A stretch of DNA of 64,000 nucleotides from Malacoraja senta (lineage: Eukaryota): contig JAXLNO010002790.1 of the NCBI GenBank assembly GCA_038087875.1, forward strand, positions 372,001-436,000, in the 5' to 3' direction. A program made the translations under genes and the position numbers. The notes beneath the pieces were generated by a model. That model had not been told where the DNA came from and ran no database searches. It saw nothing but the letters and a program-made list of their open reading frames with translations. This document shows, in pieces, positions 37,246 through 53,501 of this stretch. Numbering within the stretch: position 1 is the stretch's first letter; every line of letters begins with the position of its first letter.

Positions 37246-39104
37246 GTAAGATCATTTTCAATCATGTCTAAAAAAATTATAGTCTAGTGTATTGGAGGAA
37301 ATAATAATAGAATAGTGAAGCAGTTCCTCGCTATAAATATGCAGACCTTACAAACAAAATATAACTTGACAGCATATGTAGTTCTTTCTTGAATTTGAAG
37401 AACATTTAAGTTATAATTTATTCAGCAAAATGTATAAGTTCCAGGGCTAGTATTGATTCAATATTATGCACCTGTCACTTCTCAACCAATACAATCCATT
37501 TATTCTTATAGGAGATATGGTTGCCAATTGTATTTTTATAATTTTAATAGATGGTTGAAAATATAATCTAAGATAAAACTGCATTTTTCTGGGACTGAAC
37601 CCTCTTTCCTGGTGTGGACCATCAGTAGTGGAGGCAGATCATCACCCAACATACATCTAGTCAGTGCAGCTCTTCCATTGAGTTAACCGAGCCAGATCTC
37701 AACAGCAACTGTACCAATAAATGTAGGTGTTAACTATTTGAACAGAAAATGTATGGGCTTGAAGTACTATTGGTTAACCTGCTACTAATCACTTTGGTGA
37801 TATGAAATTTTAAAGTAGCAATTCCGTGACCTCCTCTGGCAGTTCATTCCAGAGTGAAAAATATGCCTCTGAGATCTTTCTTACACTATGCTCTCTAACT
37901 TTAGAATCCTCTAAGTTGGGATAAATACTGGGTGTTCACTTTATTGTTGCCTCTCATAATTTGATATATTTTATTAAAGTAACTCCATCTGCAACATTTT
38001 ACAAGGTTCTACTATTTACTGTGCAAGTCCTGCCCTGGTTGACACACCAAAATGCAATGTATCACACTTATCAGTTAAATTCCATTGGCCAGTCCTTAGC
38101 TCACCTCCCCAACTTATCTATTCTGTTATGTACTTCAATATTACAGTGAGGTTTGAGAGAGCATAGGGTAAGTAGGATCTCAGGCATCATTTTCACTCTG
38201 GAATGAGCTGCCAGATAAGGCTACAGAAGAAGATACAATTGCTACTTTAATAAGATAAAAATTGATAGGAACGGTTTTGACAGTTATAGGCTAAATGTGG
38301 GCAAATTTGACTAGCTCAGAATCCCAGAATGATCAACATGGACAAAGTAGTCAGAAGAATCTGTTTCCATGTTCTTAAAGCTCTGTGATTCAGCAGAATA
38401 TGGAGAAAATGAGCTCTGTGTAAGTATTACTCACTGTCCACCATATCAGCAATTTAGGAATAATTTACTAACAATGTTAACTAAACAGCAGTGGACCCAC
38501 ACTGACCTGGCCATACACAACTGGTCACAGGCCGTCAATCAGAAAAACCACCTCCACAACTACCCTTTGGTCTCCAAACCAATTTTGAATCCAATGTCTA
38601 GCCTACCTTGGAATCCACATGATCTGATCTTGCAAACAAGCTTACCAATGTGTGATCTTGTTAAAGGCTTTGCTAAAGTCCATAAAGAGAATATTCACTG
38701 CCCTTACCTCATCAGTCATTTGTTGACATTGAAAAAAAAACCTGACAGATTCATGAGACACGATTCCCACAACCAAAGCCTTGCTGACCATTCTCACCAA
38801 TTCTGTCCCTTAGAATCCCTTCCAACAACTCTCCCACCACTGGCAGCTGGCTCGCTGGCCTGAAGTTCCCAGATTTGTCTTAGAGCCTTTTCTCAATAAT
38901 GGTGCAACATTAGTCACCCTTCCAGCTTTCAGAAATTCATTTCTGGCTAATGGATCTTAACAAAGGAACCATCCACCTAGCTGGCCTGGTGCCAACCTCA
39001 TTGGCACAACATTGTTCACGTACTGCCTCAGATTAGTTTACTTTGTAAATCTGTCCATTCCACTCAAAAATGTATTGATAGCGAAAGGCAAAATGTTTCT
39101 CCTT

Positions 39105-41160
<2,056 letters not shown>

Positions 41161-41504
41161 TAGTGTGATCCATCACTCTATACAGATTTGTCTGGCTTAT
41201 TTGCCTATCCGTTTTATATCCAAGTACAAAACTGAAATAAGTAAAAGAGTTAAATGAGAAAGGAATTGAGAAATTTCAGCAATTGTGTGAGTAGCCAGTC
41301 TTAAATGTGGTACTAAAAGAAAGCAAGTGGATCAGTTAAATGAACCAAAGTAATTGTAGACAATCATCTTACTGAAATAGTGTGGAATAGGGCAGAGATC
41401 GGTGCAGAAGTGATTTCGAAAAGTGCAATGCCAAGGACCCTGACGCAATGGTGTAGAAAGTTATATGACCTCAGGAGCATAGTCAAGGTCAGATAGACAC
41501 TAGA

Positions 41505-41930
41505 CAACAGGTGCAGGAGGAGGCCATTCGGCCCTTCGATCATCCCCAATCTGTACCCCGTTTCTGCCTTCTCCCCATATCCCCTGACTCCGCTATCTTT
41601 AAGAGCCATATCAAGCTCTCTCTTGAAAGTATCCAGAGTACTGCCCTCTGAGGCAGAGAATTCCACAAACTCACAAGTGTTTCCTCATCTCCGTTCTAAA
41701 TGCTTTACCCCTTATTGTTAAACTGTGGCCCTTGGTTCAGGACCCCCAACATCGGGAACATGTTTCCTGCCTCTCGCGTGTCCAAACCCTTAATAATCTT
41801 ACATGTTTCAATAAGATCCTCTCTCATCCATCTAAATTCCAGAGTATACACGCCAAGCCGCTCCATTCCCTCAGCATATGACAGCCCCGCCATCCCAGGA
41901 ATTAACCTGGTGATAGTGTATCCTCATCTG
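41505..41930 (-). mobile_element. CR1 LINE 3' fragment
   Basis: Reverse complement of the CR1 ORF2 end and 3' UTR. Confidence 0.8.
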
Positions 41931-42299
41931 TAATGTCCCACTCGCCTTCTAATTCCTAATCATGTCATTCCTAATTCTTCAGTTCACATCTCACTTGATC
42001 CTCAACCTACAACTTCTTTTAATTTACAATGGTATAGATGGTTCCCCAGTACAAACTCCTTTTTCTCTTATTGGACAGCTAAGAAGTCAAGGCTAGCCAA
42101 GGCTAGACAGCTGAGATGGATTCACACCGCCACTTGATCTTTCATTCACTGTCACCAGTTTAAATACCGTAGATGTGTGCGTTAGATGTGGTATTTGCAT
42201 CTAGCAAGTCACCAGGCATACAGTATGTAGTTTGCAGCCAGACAGGGAGAAATGGTAGCCAGGAGACAGCTGACTGCAGAGGACTTTACTGAAGACAAC

Positions 42300-43010
42300 A
42301 GTTGGGCAGCTTGTAGAAGTACAGAAGAAGATAGACACAAAGTGCTGGCATAACTCAGTGGCCAGGCAGCATCTCTGGTGAAAAGGGGTGAGTGACATTC
42401 CGAGTGGGACCCTTCTTCAGACTGAGAGTAGGGGTAGTTGTTATGAAGACCTGGAGCCAAGAAAAGACCAGGACCGATCAGGGCTGGCCACAAATGACCC
42501 TCAGACAGGGCGGTACCCTGGTAGGCCCATTGTTGGCTAGGGAAGGTGTGATCTCAAGAGGGAAGCAATGTGGAGACTGAGGAACTGGTTAAATGACTAG
42601 GTTGAGGAAGCAGGGGAGAGGGGAGTGGAGTGAAGTATAAGTATAAGTTACTTAAAATTAGCGAATCATCAATCATACCATTGGGATGTAAGCTACCCAA
42701 GTGAAATATGAGGTGCTGTTCCTCCAATTTGCGAGTGGCCTCACTCTGGCAATGGAGGAGGCCCAGGATGGAAAGGTCAGTGTGGGAATGGGAGGGGTGT
42801 TGAAATGGTTGGCAATCAGATTATCCTGTCAGTCTCAGTGGACCGACCGTACGTATTCAGCAAAATAAGTCTACGTTTTGTCAAGTATAACAAGTATGTT
42901 AAGTCGCCAAGTCTACGTTTGCTTTCACTGATGTACATTGGAGCCCACATTGGGAACACCAGATGTACGAGGTGGGGTTAGAAGAAGTACATGTGAACCT
43001 CCGTCTCAGA
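42300..43010 (-). mobile_element. Decayed Penelope-like fragment
   Basis: Reverse complement of the same GIY-YIG C-terminus (aaatatgaggtgctgttcctccaattt) plus pLTR. Confidence 0.7.
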
Positions 43011-43839
43011 TGAAAGGACTGTCGGGGTCCTTCGACAAAGCCAAGGTTGGAGATGCAAGGACATTTGAGGAGATATATATCGGCTATAAGCAGTTGGGAT
43101 CAAGCAAACCCCTCAGTGAGTATAAGAAGCGCAGGAGTATACTGAAATCAATCAGAAAGGCAAAAAGAGGACATGATCTGGCGGTCAAGATAAAGGCAAA
43201 TCCAAGACATACTACAGGTGTATTAAGAGGAAAAGGGAGGCTAGAGAGAGAATAGATCCCCTTAGGTATTAACATAGCCATCTTTGTGTAGTGCCACAAG
43301 AGTTGAGGTAGGTATTAAATGAAAATGTCCAATCAGTTTTTTTTACTGAGGAGAAGGTCGTGGAAGCTAAGGAATTGGGACAGAGATGTTGATGTCTTGG
43401 ACCATATATGATTTATCAAAGAGAAGGTATTGATGGTTTAAAGCACTTAAAGGTGGATAATTCCCAATAGCCTGACCAAGTACATCCTCTATAGAGTCTA
43501 GGTGGAATATCGATGCCTCTGGTACAATGGCAGTGTTAGATGGGGAGCATAAAGATGGTTGCATCACTTTTTAGTTTGGTACTTCAAACGCTCAAGAACG
43601 AAGGAGGATGCAGTAAGTGGTGGACATTGTTTAGCCCATTACAGATACTGTCCTCCCCACCACCCCCACTGTGAAAATTCTCTCCCTTTGTTCAACCTTT
43701 ACCTTGGGTGGCAGGTAAATTGACAGCTCCCTTTGGTGTGATGTTGTTTGGATTGAAGTGCCCATCCCAGTTTCTTCAATATTAACATTACCAATATTGT
43801 GACTTATCAATTTAAGTGTTTAGGTATTTTTCTGTTTAG

Positions 43840-44393
43840 GTATTAGAATGTTGGACCTTGGTAATCCAATAAAGGATGGCCCTCTGTGTGCCTTCGACTT
43901 GCAAAACAACATCATGCTGGAACATTTGCCTCATGGCCCGCCAATCCAATACCGATTCATTTCAAGCCAGCATCTGCACTACATTTCAAATAAACTGAAT
44001 GAAATTGAAGCAGGGAAATACACAGTTATTAGCATTGGTATCTGTGCCCATTTCAGCCCTTTCCCAGTGGAAGTGTACATCAGAAGGCTGCAGAATATTC
44101 GAAGATCGATTCTACAGCTGCTCAGCAGGAATCCAGATACGGTGGTGGTTATAAAGACTGCGAATGTACGGGCCCTTACACAAGATGTAATTCTTAACTA
44201 CAGTGACTGGTTCACTTTTCAACTTGATTTACTGATGAGAAGGATGTTTGCCGGCATCAACGTAGCATTTGTGGATGCATGGGAAATGACCATAGCCCAC
44301 TACCTGCCCCATAACATACACCCTCAGCAAATCATAATCAAGAATGAAATAGATGTGTTTCTTTCACACGTGTGCCCTTCCAAAATGAGGTAA
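43840..44393 (+). CDS. NXPE3: NXPE3-like gene, terminal coding exon (SGNH/PC-esterase-like C-terminus)
   Basis: tctgtttag|GT ATT AGA ATG; [61 protein letters not shown]. The five exons total 1728 nt = 575 aa + stop. Confidence 0.93.
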
Positions 44394-44654
44394 CGACATC
44401 TGCTTACCATGCATCACCACAATTACATTGCAAATCATAGATCTATCTGTCTAAAACTGAATGTAATTTTACATATTTTGAAAATTTTGATTTCTAGGTT
44501 TGTAATTCATCTTTGTCACTGTATCGTTTGAATTGATTCTGTTATTTTGATTAGTTATAATTCTTACCTATTACCTAACATTAATAATGTTAGCTTTGAT
44601 ATTAAATCTTTGTTTGTGTGGAAGAAATTAATTTGGAGGGAAATTAAAGGAAAA

Positions 44655-45170
44655 CTAGACTAAGTGGGACCAGTTGGGTCCCAGTCACACGGGAGCCTGG
44701 TCCCCCAACGCAAACCATTCCCCAACAGGGGGGCGGGGATATGTGGGGGGTGCAGGGGACGGGAGGTGTGGGGGAGGGTGTGTGTGTGGGGGAGGGGATG
44801 TGTGTGGGTGAGGGGGGGCATGTGGGAGAGAGGGGGATATGGGGGAGGGGAGGGGGTGTGCGGGCGAGAGGGTGTGGGTGAGGGGGCTGTTGGGGAGGGG
44901 TGTGTGTGTGGGAGGAGGGGGTTGTGGGGAGGGGGGTTTGTGGGGAGTGGCGTTTGCGGGAGGGGTGTGTGGGGGAGGGTGTGTGTGTGTGTGGGGGAGG
45001 GGCTGTGTATGGGATTGGCGGTGTGCGGGGGGGGAGGGGGGTGTATGGCGGTGTGTGTGGGGTAGGTGGGGTGTGTGGGGGGGAGAGAGGGTGTGCGGGA
45101 AGGGGGGTGGGGTGTGTGGGGCAAGAGAGGGTGTGGAGGAGGGGGGGTGTGGGGGAAGAGGGGGAAGCAG
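44655..45170 (-). mobile_element. Helitron-like 3' terminus followed by G/GT-rich low-complexity tract (second copy starts at 46119)
   Basis: Minus strand reads GGGACC-caact-GGTCCC hairpin, short spacer, CTAG|T, the canonical Helitron 3' end geometry. The 5' end was not identified. Confidence 0.5.
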
Positions 45171-45629
45171 TCAACATGATCTAAGACCTTTCCCACCCAA
45201 GTCAACATGATCTAAGACCTTTCCCACCCAAGCCATTCATTCTTATCCTCACTCGGGCAGAAGATACAGAAGGTTGAAAGCGCTCACCACCATTCTCAGG
45301 AATAGCTTCTTCTCCTTTCGTATCAGGAAAAACCTTCCATAGGCTAGGGTACTGTCTAATTCCCCTCTACCTCATTGCAAACGTTGAACCTTGTCTCTGG
45401 AACGGGCGCACTACAATGCTGAAAAGTATATTCTGCACTCTGGATTTTTCCCTTCACTTTACCTATTGTACTTGAGTTTGGTTTGATGGTATTGACATGT
45501 AATATTATCTGATTTAATTGGACAGCATGCAAAATAAAGCTTTGCACTGTACCTTGGTACATGTTACAATAATGAACCTCGCCTGACCTGATGGCATACT
45601 TTGCAATTCTGTAATGGTACAGTATGTGA

Positions 45630-45857
<228 letters not shown>

Positions 45858-48104
45858 CGACATCTGCTTACCATGCATCACCACAATTACATTGCAAATC
45901 ATAGATCTATCTGTCTAAAACTGAATGTAATTTTACATATTTTGAAAATTTTGATTTCTAGGTTTGTAATTCATCTTTGTCACTGTATCGTTTGAATTGA
46001 TTCTGTTATTTTGATTAGTTATAATTCTTACCTATTACCTAACATTAATAATGTTAGCTTTGATATTAAATCTTTGTTTGTGTGGAAGAAATTAATTTGG
46101 AGGGAAATTAAAGGAAAACTAGACTAAGTGGGACCAGTTGGGTCCCAGTCACACGGGAGCCTGGTCCCCCAACGCAAACCATTCCCCAACAGGGGGGCGG
46201 GGATATGTGGGGGGTGCAGGGGACGGGAGGTGTGGGGGAGGGGTGTGTGTGTGGGGGAGGGGATGTGTGTGGGTGAGGGGGGGCATGTGGGAGAGAGGGG
46301 GATATGGGGGAGGGGAGGGGGTGTGCGGGCGAGAGGGTGTGGGTGAGGGGGGCTGTTGGGGAGGGGTGTGTGTGTGGGAGGAGGGGGTTGTGGGGGAGGG
46401 GGGTTTGTGGGGAGGGGCGATTGCGGGAGGGGTGTGTGGGGGAGGGGTGTGTGTGTGTGTGGGGGAGGGGCTGTGTATGGGATTGGCAGTGTGCGGGGGG
46501 GGAGGGGGGTGTATGGCGGTGTGTGTGGGGTAGGTGGGGTGTGTGGGGGGAGAGAGGGTGTGCGGGAAGGGGGGTGGGGTGTGTGGGGCAAGAGAGGGTG
46601 TGGAGGAGGGGGGGCGTGGGGGAAGAGGGGGAAGCAGTCAACATGATCTAAGACCTTTCCCACCCAAGTCAACATGATCTAAGACCTTTCCCACCCAAGC
46701 CATTCATTCTTATCCTCACTCGGGCAGAAGATACAGAAGGTTGAAAGCGCTCACCACCATTCTCAGGAATAGCTTCTTCTCCTTTGGTATCAGGAAAAAC
46801 CTTCCATAGGCTAGGGTACTGTCTAATTCCCCTCTACCTCATTGCAAACGTTGAACTTGTCTCTGGAACGGGCGCACTACAATGCTGAAAAGTATATTCT
46901 GCACTCTGGATTTTTCCCTTCACTTTACCTATTGTACTTGAGTTTGGTTTGATGGTATTGACATGTAATATTATCTGATTTAATTGGACAGCATGCAAAA
47001 TAAAGCTTTGCACTGTACCTTGGTACATGTTACAATAATGAACCTCGCCTGACCTGATGGCATACTTTGCAATTCTGTAATGGTACAGTATGTGAAGGAA
47101 CATGGATGATGGCCATTTAGTAACAGTAAGGTCTTGGTCACTGGGTAGTGTTGAATGTTGTTCCTACTGTGGTGTACTGCTTAATGACTGAACTCTATCC
47201 CAGTGCCATAAAGATTTTCTCCAGGCCTCTGAGCATTTCTTCTGTAGTTCCTCAAAATGACACGCGACTCATTGAAATCACCTTTTAATGTGTAATCTCC
47301 AGTCATACCCAGTCGTAACCCTGATGAGTCTTTCATCCCATTTATTTCAGATGTAGAATTAAATTGTCGCTCATAAGGAGCGGGACGGCACGATGCCAAC
47401 CAATAAACATTTAACAGGGTGGTTCTCAAAGTGGCAGCTGCATCCGTGGCAGGCAGGATACAAGTGGGAGTGAAAGAGGAAGGGGAGTTGTTTTTTTGAT
47501 TGAGAAGAACATCAAGGCAGTTGTCCAAAGCAACATTACCGTGAGGCTTTCTGGGTGTAGCTGAGAAATAAGAAGGGAATGATCACCTAGCTGGGAATTG
47601 TACTTTTGACACCCGAATAGTCAACAGGAATTAGAGGGAAAAATGTGCAGGAGAGATGGCATGGTTAGTACGTTTGCAGATGACTCTATAGCAGGTGGTC
47701 TTAGAGTACTTGAAAGAAATCCATATGGTCGTGTGGAGTATGTTCAAACTCTAACCAGAGATGAGGTCTAGATTGCTGGAACAGTGAGACAACTGCATTA
47801 TCTTGGTAGTTGGCAGCTATTCCACCAGCTGGCTAGCTTGGTGAGCTGGAGATACATGGGAGGTCACAAACCTTTGTTTTATACGCGCAACATGTGCAGA
47901 TGTTCTTGGAAACAAAAATGTCACTGGGATCCTGGGAGGAAACGCAAGGTAGAGCTATATGGCTAAATGTGATAAGTGAAAAACAAGACTATCACAATCA
48001 GTAAGACTGGAGATGTGTATCATGCTGGTGAGTCTATCAATACCACAAACTAAGGGCAAGGCCTTTTTATAAGAATCTTGCAAAACTTTTGAAGTGAGAT
48101 TTAA

Positions 48105-49970
48105 TAGAGAGATCAAATGAGAACTTACCAGTTTGAAGTTTGATCTTTATTTTATGAGAAGTTGCGATGAGGAATTACGTGAAGAAGCCTGCCAGACCGC
48201 ATGCGCGTCAATCTTCAAAGTAGCTGTATGAACCCACAGAATAGTTGCTGAACTAAGCTATAGAGAGATTGAAGGCTAAAACTACCGAATGATCTTTATG
48301 AGAATAGGGTTGGGAGGGCACGTAATCCCTCATCACAACTTCTCATAAAATAAACATCAAACATCAAACTGGTAAATTCTCATTTAATCTCTCTATTTTA
48401 TTTTGAAGTCCCGTGAGTGACTACGTGAAGATTTCAAAGCTCTGTGGTTTCATACTGTGACATAATCTGTGTGTGAAACACTAAACAGATAAACCATTAA
48501 TGGCAGGAAAACATGAGGTATTAATATCACGACGCTAACTTGCATGCAAGGCCATTGCTCTAAACTGGCCTGTAGTTCCAATAAACTGTTGAGTTAGACA
48601 ATAACTTATGCAACATTGTGCATAAATCTATCTGGAAACATCCAGACATATTCCACCAAATTTTATAATTTATTAAGCAGCTTTATGTAAACCTCATGCT
48701 GTATGATGAAAGGGAACCCATTGTATTGGCTGCTAATGAGCCATCAGTAATATATTGAGAGTATTGAAAGAAAAGAACTATCTTTCATATCATAGGCACT
48801 AGCAGCAGAGTGCACTTGTATACCTAATGACATCCCTGATCTCTGCTGTGGTGGGTATGCTGTCAACCTCAAATGCACACAATCCTGCTCATTTGCTTAT
48901 GAGATTATTTCTATAACAAGCTACCCTAATGTCAGTATGACGTGGAGACAAAGCCAGAGATTGAGCAAGGATGTGTTCTTGATGCTGAGATCAGCTGCTG
49001 AAAGCATAATCATCTTAAGATACTGGTCCCATTAGGAAAAGTTTTGAGGCATATTTGCATAACGTTATAACTGATATGCATTGCACATTGCAATGAGTGT
49101 AGGCTATTAGAGTGGTTAAATGAAAGACACCCTGCATAACGTTGGAGAATAGTGGGTGAAGAACTAATCATTTATGTCCCACTTATGGTATTACCGAAAT
49201 GTTAAAGCAGCACAAGCAATGAAAATTGTGCTGTCCCATAAAGTTTCTCTAGGTTCAAACTGGAAGCCACACAAACCTCTGTTACTTCCGTATAGAATTG
49301 ACTCACATATGTTGTTCACAAGCTTCTCATACAATCGTGCAGAGCTAGCTGGCCGAGAAGACAGGCTGTCCCAGCCATCACACATGAAGGAGTAAATAAG
49401 TGTTGCTTCAGCCGTCTACCATGGCGTGACTGAATAGGTAAACTGGTACTGTTAAATTCCATGTTGCCTTAAATGTAATATAGCCAAAATATCTACCGAC
49501 AACGCAAAAGATTTATCATTTGCAATTTTGCATAATACCCAAAACTCGGTGACATAATGCCCTTAATCTGAGAAAGGCAGCATAGGCTTTCACCACTAGC
49601 TTTGTTATAAAACAGCAGAAACTGTGCCTATGTGTATAGATATGACAGAGTATGCAACTACAAGATCGATTCTCTGAGTTAGTTAAATTGCAGACACCCA
49701 ATCATCCATCTTAAACTGGGTAAGTGAACCCACAATTTGATTAGCTTAATGCTAACCCGATTAGGCCTGCAGCATATTTCTGTAATCTTGAGAAATATAC
49801 CCATCTAGTCATTGGTCAGACCACACATCCTCGAAATATAATTCAATACCCTCAGAGATTTTCATGAGTTTCACATCTGATATTCACTACCAGAACTTAA
49901 TGAAATGGTTAGTGACTCGAAGGTCATGCTGAAAACTCCGGTTAAAGGGTGCAACTTCATGTTGTTTTCT
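48105..49970 (-). mobile_element. Second, older DIRS element: right ITR plus ICR intact, internal part degraded (right boundary approximate)
   Basis: 48113-48181 pairs with 48319-48388; followed by attttattttgaagtcccgtgagtgactacgtgaagatttcaaagctctgtg, as at 54371-54425. Confidence 0.75.
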
Positions 49971-50639
49971 TTTCATTGGGCGCTGAGGAATCAGTTAAGG
50001 TTTAGTTTTTAGAGTTTAGAGATACAGTGTGGAAACAGGCCCTTCAGCCCACTTAGTCCGTGCCTTGCTCCAATATAATAATGTTTTAAAAGCAATTATG
50101 CTGAGAACAGAAGGTCATTCTTAACAGAATAGATTCATAGATTCATAGCATGGACTTGACAACCTCTTTACCGAATATTTATGCCTCCAAGGCTTAATGG
50201 ATCTCCCAGTTGCTCTACATTTCAACTCTCTTTCCCAATCCCACACTGACCTTTCTTTCCAGGCCTCTTCCACTGCTAGAGTGAGGCCACATGCAAATTG
50301 GAGAAACGATACCTCATATTCCGCCTGGGCAGGTCGAAAACCAATGGTATGAATATTAAATTCATCAATTTGAGGTAACTAACCCACAAAGCCCCCTTCC
50401 CCTTTCCCATTTCCCCCCTCCCCACACTACCCACACTCCTTCCCCTGAACCCTGGCTATCCTTGTTTCTCCCCTTTCCCTGTCCATTTCTTTGCATCACT
50501 TCTGGCTACACAATTCAAAATGTTTCTATCCCCAAGCTTCACAATTCACAACCATTCATCCCTTTAGAGCTCACATTTGTCTTCATTCTGGCCTTTGTCC
50601 AACAATCTGCCTATCAAAGAAAACCATCATCTGTGATAG

Positions 50640-51575
50640 ACAAATCCCCTGAGCCTGAAGATATATATCCATGGACACTGTGGGAAGCTAGAGCGGAAAT
50701 TAGAGGAGCCCTCTCGGAGATTTCTGAGTCATTGTTAAATACAGGCGAGGTGCCAGAAGACTGGAGGGTGGCAAATGTTGTGCCTCTATCCAAGAAGGGT
50801 TGCAGGGAAAATGCTGGAAACTATAGGCCAGTGAGCTTAACATCTGTGGTTGGAAAGTTACTAGAGAGCATTCTGAGGGGCAGGATATACAGGCATTTCG
50901 ATGGACAAGTACTGATTTGGGATAGTCAACATGGTTTTGTACATGGGAGGTCGTGTCTCACAAATCTGATTGAGTTTAGAAACATAGAAAATAGGTGCAG
51001 GAGTAGGCCATTCGGCCCTTCAAGCCAGCACCGCCATTCAATATGATCATGGCTGACCATCTAGAATCAGTACCCCGTTCCTGCTTGCTCCACATATCCC
51101 TTGATTCCAATTTTTGAAGACGTGACCAAAAAGGTTGATGAGGGCAGAGCTGTGGATGTTGTATACATGGACTTCAGCAAAGCATTTGACAAGGTTCCGC
51201 ATGGTAGGCTGCTCTGTAAGATTAGATCCCATGGGATTCAAGGAGAGATGGCAGTATGGATAGAAAATTGGCTTCATGGAAGGAAGCAGAGGATGATGGC
51301 GAAAGGTTGCTTTATGGACAGGAGGCCTGTGACTAGTGGTGTACCTCAGGCTTTGGTGCTGGGCCCATTACTGTTTGTCATCTATAGCAGTGATTTGGAT
51401 GAGAACGTACAAGGCATTGTTAGCAAGTTTGCAGATGACACAAAAGTGGGTGGTATTGTGGATAATGAAGAAGGATGGCAAAAATTGCCACAGGATCTTG
51501 ATCAGTTCAGCTGGTGGGCTGAGGAATGGTTGATGGAATTTAATACAGAGAAACGTGAGGTGTTGCACTTTGTTC
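50640..51575 (+). mobile_element. Older CR1 RT fragment interrupted by a short inverted CR1 3' tail (~50979-51110)
   Basis: [13 protein letters not shown] then FEDVTK..DVVYMDFSKAFDKV..FADDTKV; the inserted piece begins gaaacatagaaaatagg. Confidence 0.82.
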
Positions 51576-51637
51576 AGAAACTGCCTGTAGTTATTATCAG
51601 ACTCATATCATCCATTCTGGAACATTATAGTATTAAT

Positions 51638-51940
51638 GTTTAGTTTAGTTTAGAGATACAGCGCGGAAACAGGCCCTTTGGCCCACTGAGTCCGCACCGA
51701 CCAGCAATCCCCGCAAATTAACACTATCCTACACATAATCGGCACAATTTATTCTTTTACCAAGCCAATTAACCTATATACCTGTACGTCTTTGGAGTGT
51801 GGGAGGAAACCGAAGATCCCGGAGAAAACCCACAGGGAGAACGTGCAAAACTCTGTACAGACAGCACCCGTAGTCGGGATCGAACCTGGGTCTCCAATGC
51901 TGCAAGAGTTGTAAGCCAAAAACTCTACCGCTGCGCCACT
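51638..51940 (-). mobile_element. V-SINE (HE1-like)
   Basis: Same family, reverse orientation, (gttta)n tail. Confidence 0.82.
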
Positions 51941-53420
51941 GGGCTGGCTTGTGTGGAAATTACTGAGCCAACCTGCGATAATTGCATTGATTGAACGGGC
52001 TGTAAAGTGCATTCATTTCTCTGAAGTTATTTAATTTGTTAGAATGAGCAGTGCCAAAGATTTCATCCAGTTGCTCTTCTGTGTGGAAACTGGGATTGGA
52101 TCGTTTTGCACCGTCTTGTATTAATTCATAGTTCTAACAGCAAAGCAAATTGAAAATCCCAGAAACAAAGTGAAAGGAAACTCCTAGCTCATATTTCCAG
52201 TAATTTATCCAAAATTAATGTCAGTGTTTCAGTGATTCCAATAGGGTCCCAACTTGAAATGTCGCCTATCTATTCCCTCCAGAGATGCTGTCTCACCCGC
52301 TGATTTACTCCAGCACTATTGTGTTTTGTTCATAATCCCAGCATCTGTAGTTCCTTGTTTCTCCATTCCAGCAGTTTGAAATTACCTTTGACAATGTCTG
52401 AATAAACATTTAGAATGGGATATAGGTATCTGGACTATTGTTTGTGTTTATTTATGTGGAGTGTTAGCTTTGGAGGGTCATGTTATTTGGAGGGTTAAGT
52501 TATTTATATGTTATTAATGAAACAGATTGGTGTAAAAACATTTATTTTGCACTGTGTTTTTTTTGTGATGGTTTGTGGTGATATAATGTTCCCCTAAAAT
52601 GTTGAATACTACATTTTCAATTAAATCAAAACATTAGAAAAAGATGACAAAAGTTTAAAATATATATATTTAAAATTAAATGAGGCAACCAGGCCCTTAA
52701 ACAGCTTTAACAGCAAGTAACGCCACCTGTATCTGTACCTTTTTGTCTTTAAAAAAAGCACTGATTTCATTCCATTTCTTCTCATAGTGATAAAAATGAA
52801 TGCTATCGAGGAACTATTTGGCTATTGGGGATTTCTGTGTTTTTCTTGGAAATATCTAAACATTTCCTAATATTCCAGTCAACGTGCTGTTCAATTGCCA
52901 AAGGACTCTTCAGTGCAAATTTCCCATCTTCATTAAACTGGCATTAACAAAGTTCTGTGGTGAAACCACTCCCAGTTGCTATGAAAACACCATTTTTTTC
53001 AGTGAAATCTTCCAGTCATCATAAAACTGTTATTAATAATGGTCTGTGGTTGCAGTTACGGTGGTGGGTTTCCAGCTCGTAGGGAAAAATTGTGATGTAT
53101 TTTCCAGATTTGCAAAGTCATCTAACTGGGAATCACTTTTGTACCATTCTTGTTCGTCCTTCTCTCGTGTAAACTGTACCAGATAGCTGGAAGGTTGTGA
53201 ATGAGGAACACAGTAATTCTTAATGGTCTACCCAAACTACCTATAGAGTCATGATAAACACAGGTGTGCCTGGATTGACTTCAAATTGATGGAGAAAACA
53301 AAGTGGGAATGACAGCGAAATACTGTCAGAAGGACCTGCAGATGCTGGTTTAGATTGAGGATAGACTCAAAATGCTGGATTAACTCAGCAGGACAGGTAG
53401 CATCTCCAGATAGAAGGAAT

Positions 53421-53455
53421 GGGTAACGTTTCAGGTCGAGACCCTTCTTCAGACT
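53421..53455 (-). ncRNA. Inverted companion hammerhead motif
   Basis: Minus strand agtCTGAAGAagggtctcgacctGAAAcGTTaccc. Confidence 0.5.
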
Positions 53456-53460
53456 CGAAG

Positions 53461-53501
53461 AATGGTCTGAAGAAGGGTCTCGACCCGAAACGTCACCCAT
53501 T
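53461..53501 (+). ncRNA. Minimal type-I hammerhead ribozyme motif in a Penelope pLTR
   Basis: GGT-CTGAAGA-A-GGGTC(TC)GACCC-GAAA-C-GTC^ACC: core CUGANGA and GAAA, stem II, palindromic ACGU stem III, GGT/ACC stem I; predicted cleavage after 53494. Confidence 0.65.

Noticed and set aside
47181-47528. 115-aa minus-strand ORF in apparently unique sequence
   Set aside because: No recognisable domain and no convincing splice sites or partner exons.
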